Below are positions 63,011-64,000 of a stretch of DNA of 64,000 bases, in pieces (the stretch's first letter is position 1; each line of letters begins with the position of its first letter). The stretch lies in NCBI RefSeq assembly GCF_018350175.1, contig NC_058383.1, positions 27,840,001 through 27,904,000 of the forward strand. Direction: 5' to 3'. Below the pieces are notes generated by a model. That model searched no databases and was not told where the DNA came from. It saw nothing but the letters and a program-made list of their open reading frames with translations. The stretch comes from Felis catus. Its lineage: Eukaryota. A program made the position numbers and the translations under genes.

Positions 63011-64000
63011 AAGGAAGAGAGTCATGAAAATAAGAAGAATGACAATGACAGTAAGTCCTTCAGTGGGATGAACATCAACTTGGTTGTCCCAGGAAATTTC
63101 AACCTTGGCTCTCTGACTCCACTTCCCATGACCCTGTTCTTGCCTGAACTTTGCTTCATTCCAGCTACAGTGGACTTTTTGCCCTTATTTGAATGTGACA
63201 GGCATGCTCATGTCTCAGTGCCCAGGCACTTTGGGGCTCCCTCTTCATGGAATGCTCTTCTCGGGATCCAAGGGCATGTCTTGCCCAAGTATTATTAACT
63301 CATTGAAACCCTCCATAACTCCCTACTTGAAAAAACAATAGCCACCCTCACTCTGCACTCTCTATCCTCTTTCCTTTATGCTTCACAGGGCACCTATCAT
63401 CTCCTGTTATACAAAATAATGTACTGATTTATTTTTATTGTGTGTTCTTCCCTTTAGAATATTTTCCCAAACTGAGATGAACCTCCAGCCTGTATCAACA
63501 CCAGGCATACACTATGCACTTAGCATTATGTGTTATTTGTGCTGTCCTGTTGTTACAGTGACTTCATATTTCTTTTCTCTGACCCACTGCTTATTAATTT
63601 TAGATTTTAGCAACAGGGGGTGGCTTATTTCTAAATTCTGGACATCCTGCACCTTCTATACCCCTTACTCACACATTCCAAGACTCCATGAGAAAACATC
63701 CTGAAAAGTTCATTGTCAAAGTGCAACCCTGCAAAGACCTGTCCCTACTTCAATCTTATGTCATATCACATCACACTTCTTGAGCTTTGGAGCTGCTTGG
63801 ACATTTACCCGTGGAAGGTGACCAGCATCCAAAAATGTCCAAGACTCACAGAATCGTCGCCATACATTCCAGCTAGTGTTGTGCCTCTGCAACCATGGGT
63901 CCACGTGTGGCTATGAATGTCAGCCTGGCTTTATACATCTTGCACCGCCTCTGTGTTTTCTCAGGGGGAAGGTGGGTTCTTCATTTAAGCTGGAATACAG

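Noticed and set aside
1..64000. Host gene identity, NUMT, ERV internal genes, miRNA or snoRNA
   Set aside because: None recognisable by eye; mapping to a felid assembly and an Rfam search would be needed

Overview
Mammalian genomic DNA, almost certainly from a felid (cat family). I count 19 tRNA-derived carnivore SINEs, several of the Felidae SINEC_Fc type. There are also two carnivore L1 3' fragments (about 1.6 and 2.8 kb), older L1M pieces, MIR and L2 relics, MaLR/ERVL solo LTRs, hAT and Tigger MITEs, and microsatellites. I recognise no protein-coding exon, RNA gene or processed pseudogene. The ORF track is explained by repeats and chance, apart from a degraded L1 ORF2. The window reads as a large intron or intergenic region whose host locus I cannot name. 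I found no convincing novel biological system. The best leads are: an age-ordered triple SINE nest, an inverted SINE pair enclosing an L1 poly(A) signal, a CpG-rich patch at about 61.1-61.6 kb, same-orientation CTCF motifs, a splice-signal cluster downstream of a MaLR LTR, several templated-insertion-like scars, and repeat-free enhancer-like islands. Repeat names were assigned by eye from remembered consensus features, and boundaries of old repeats are approximate.
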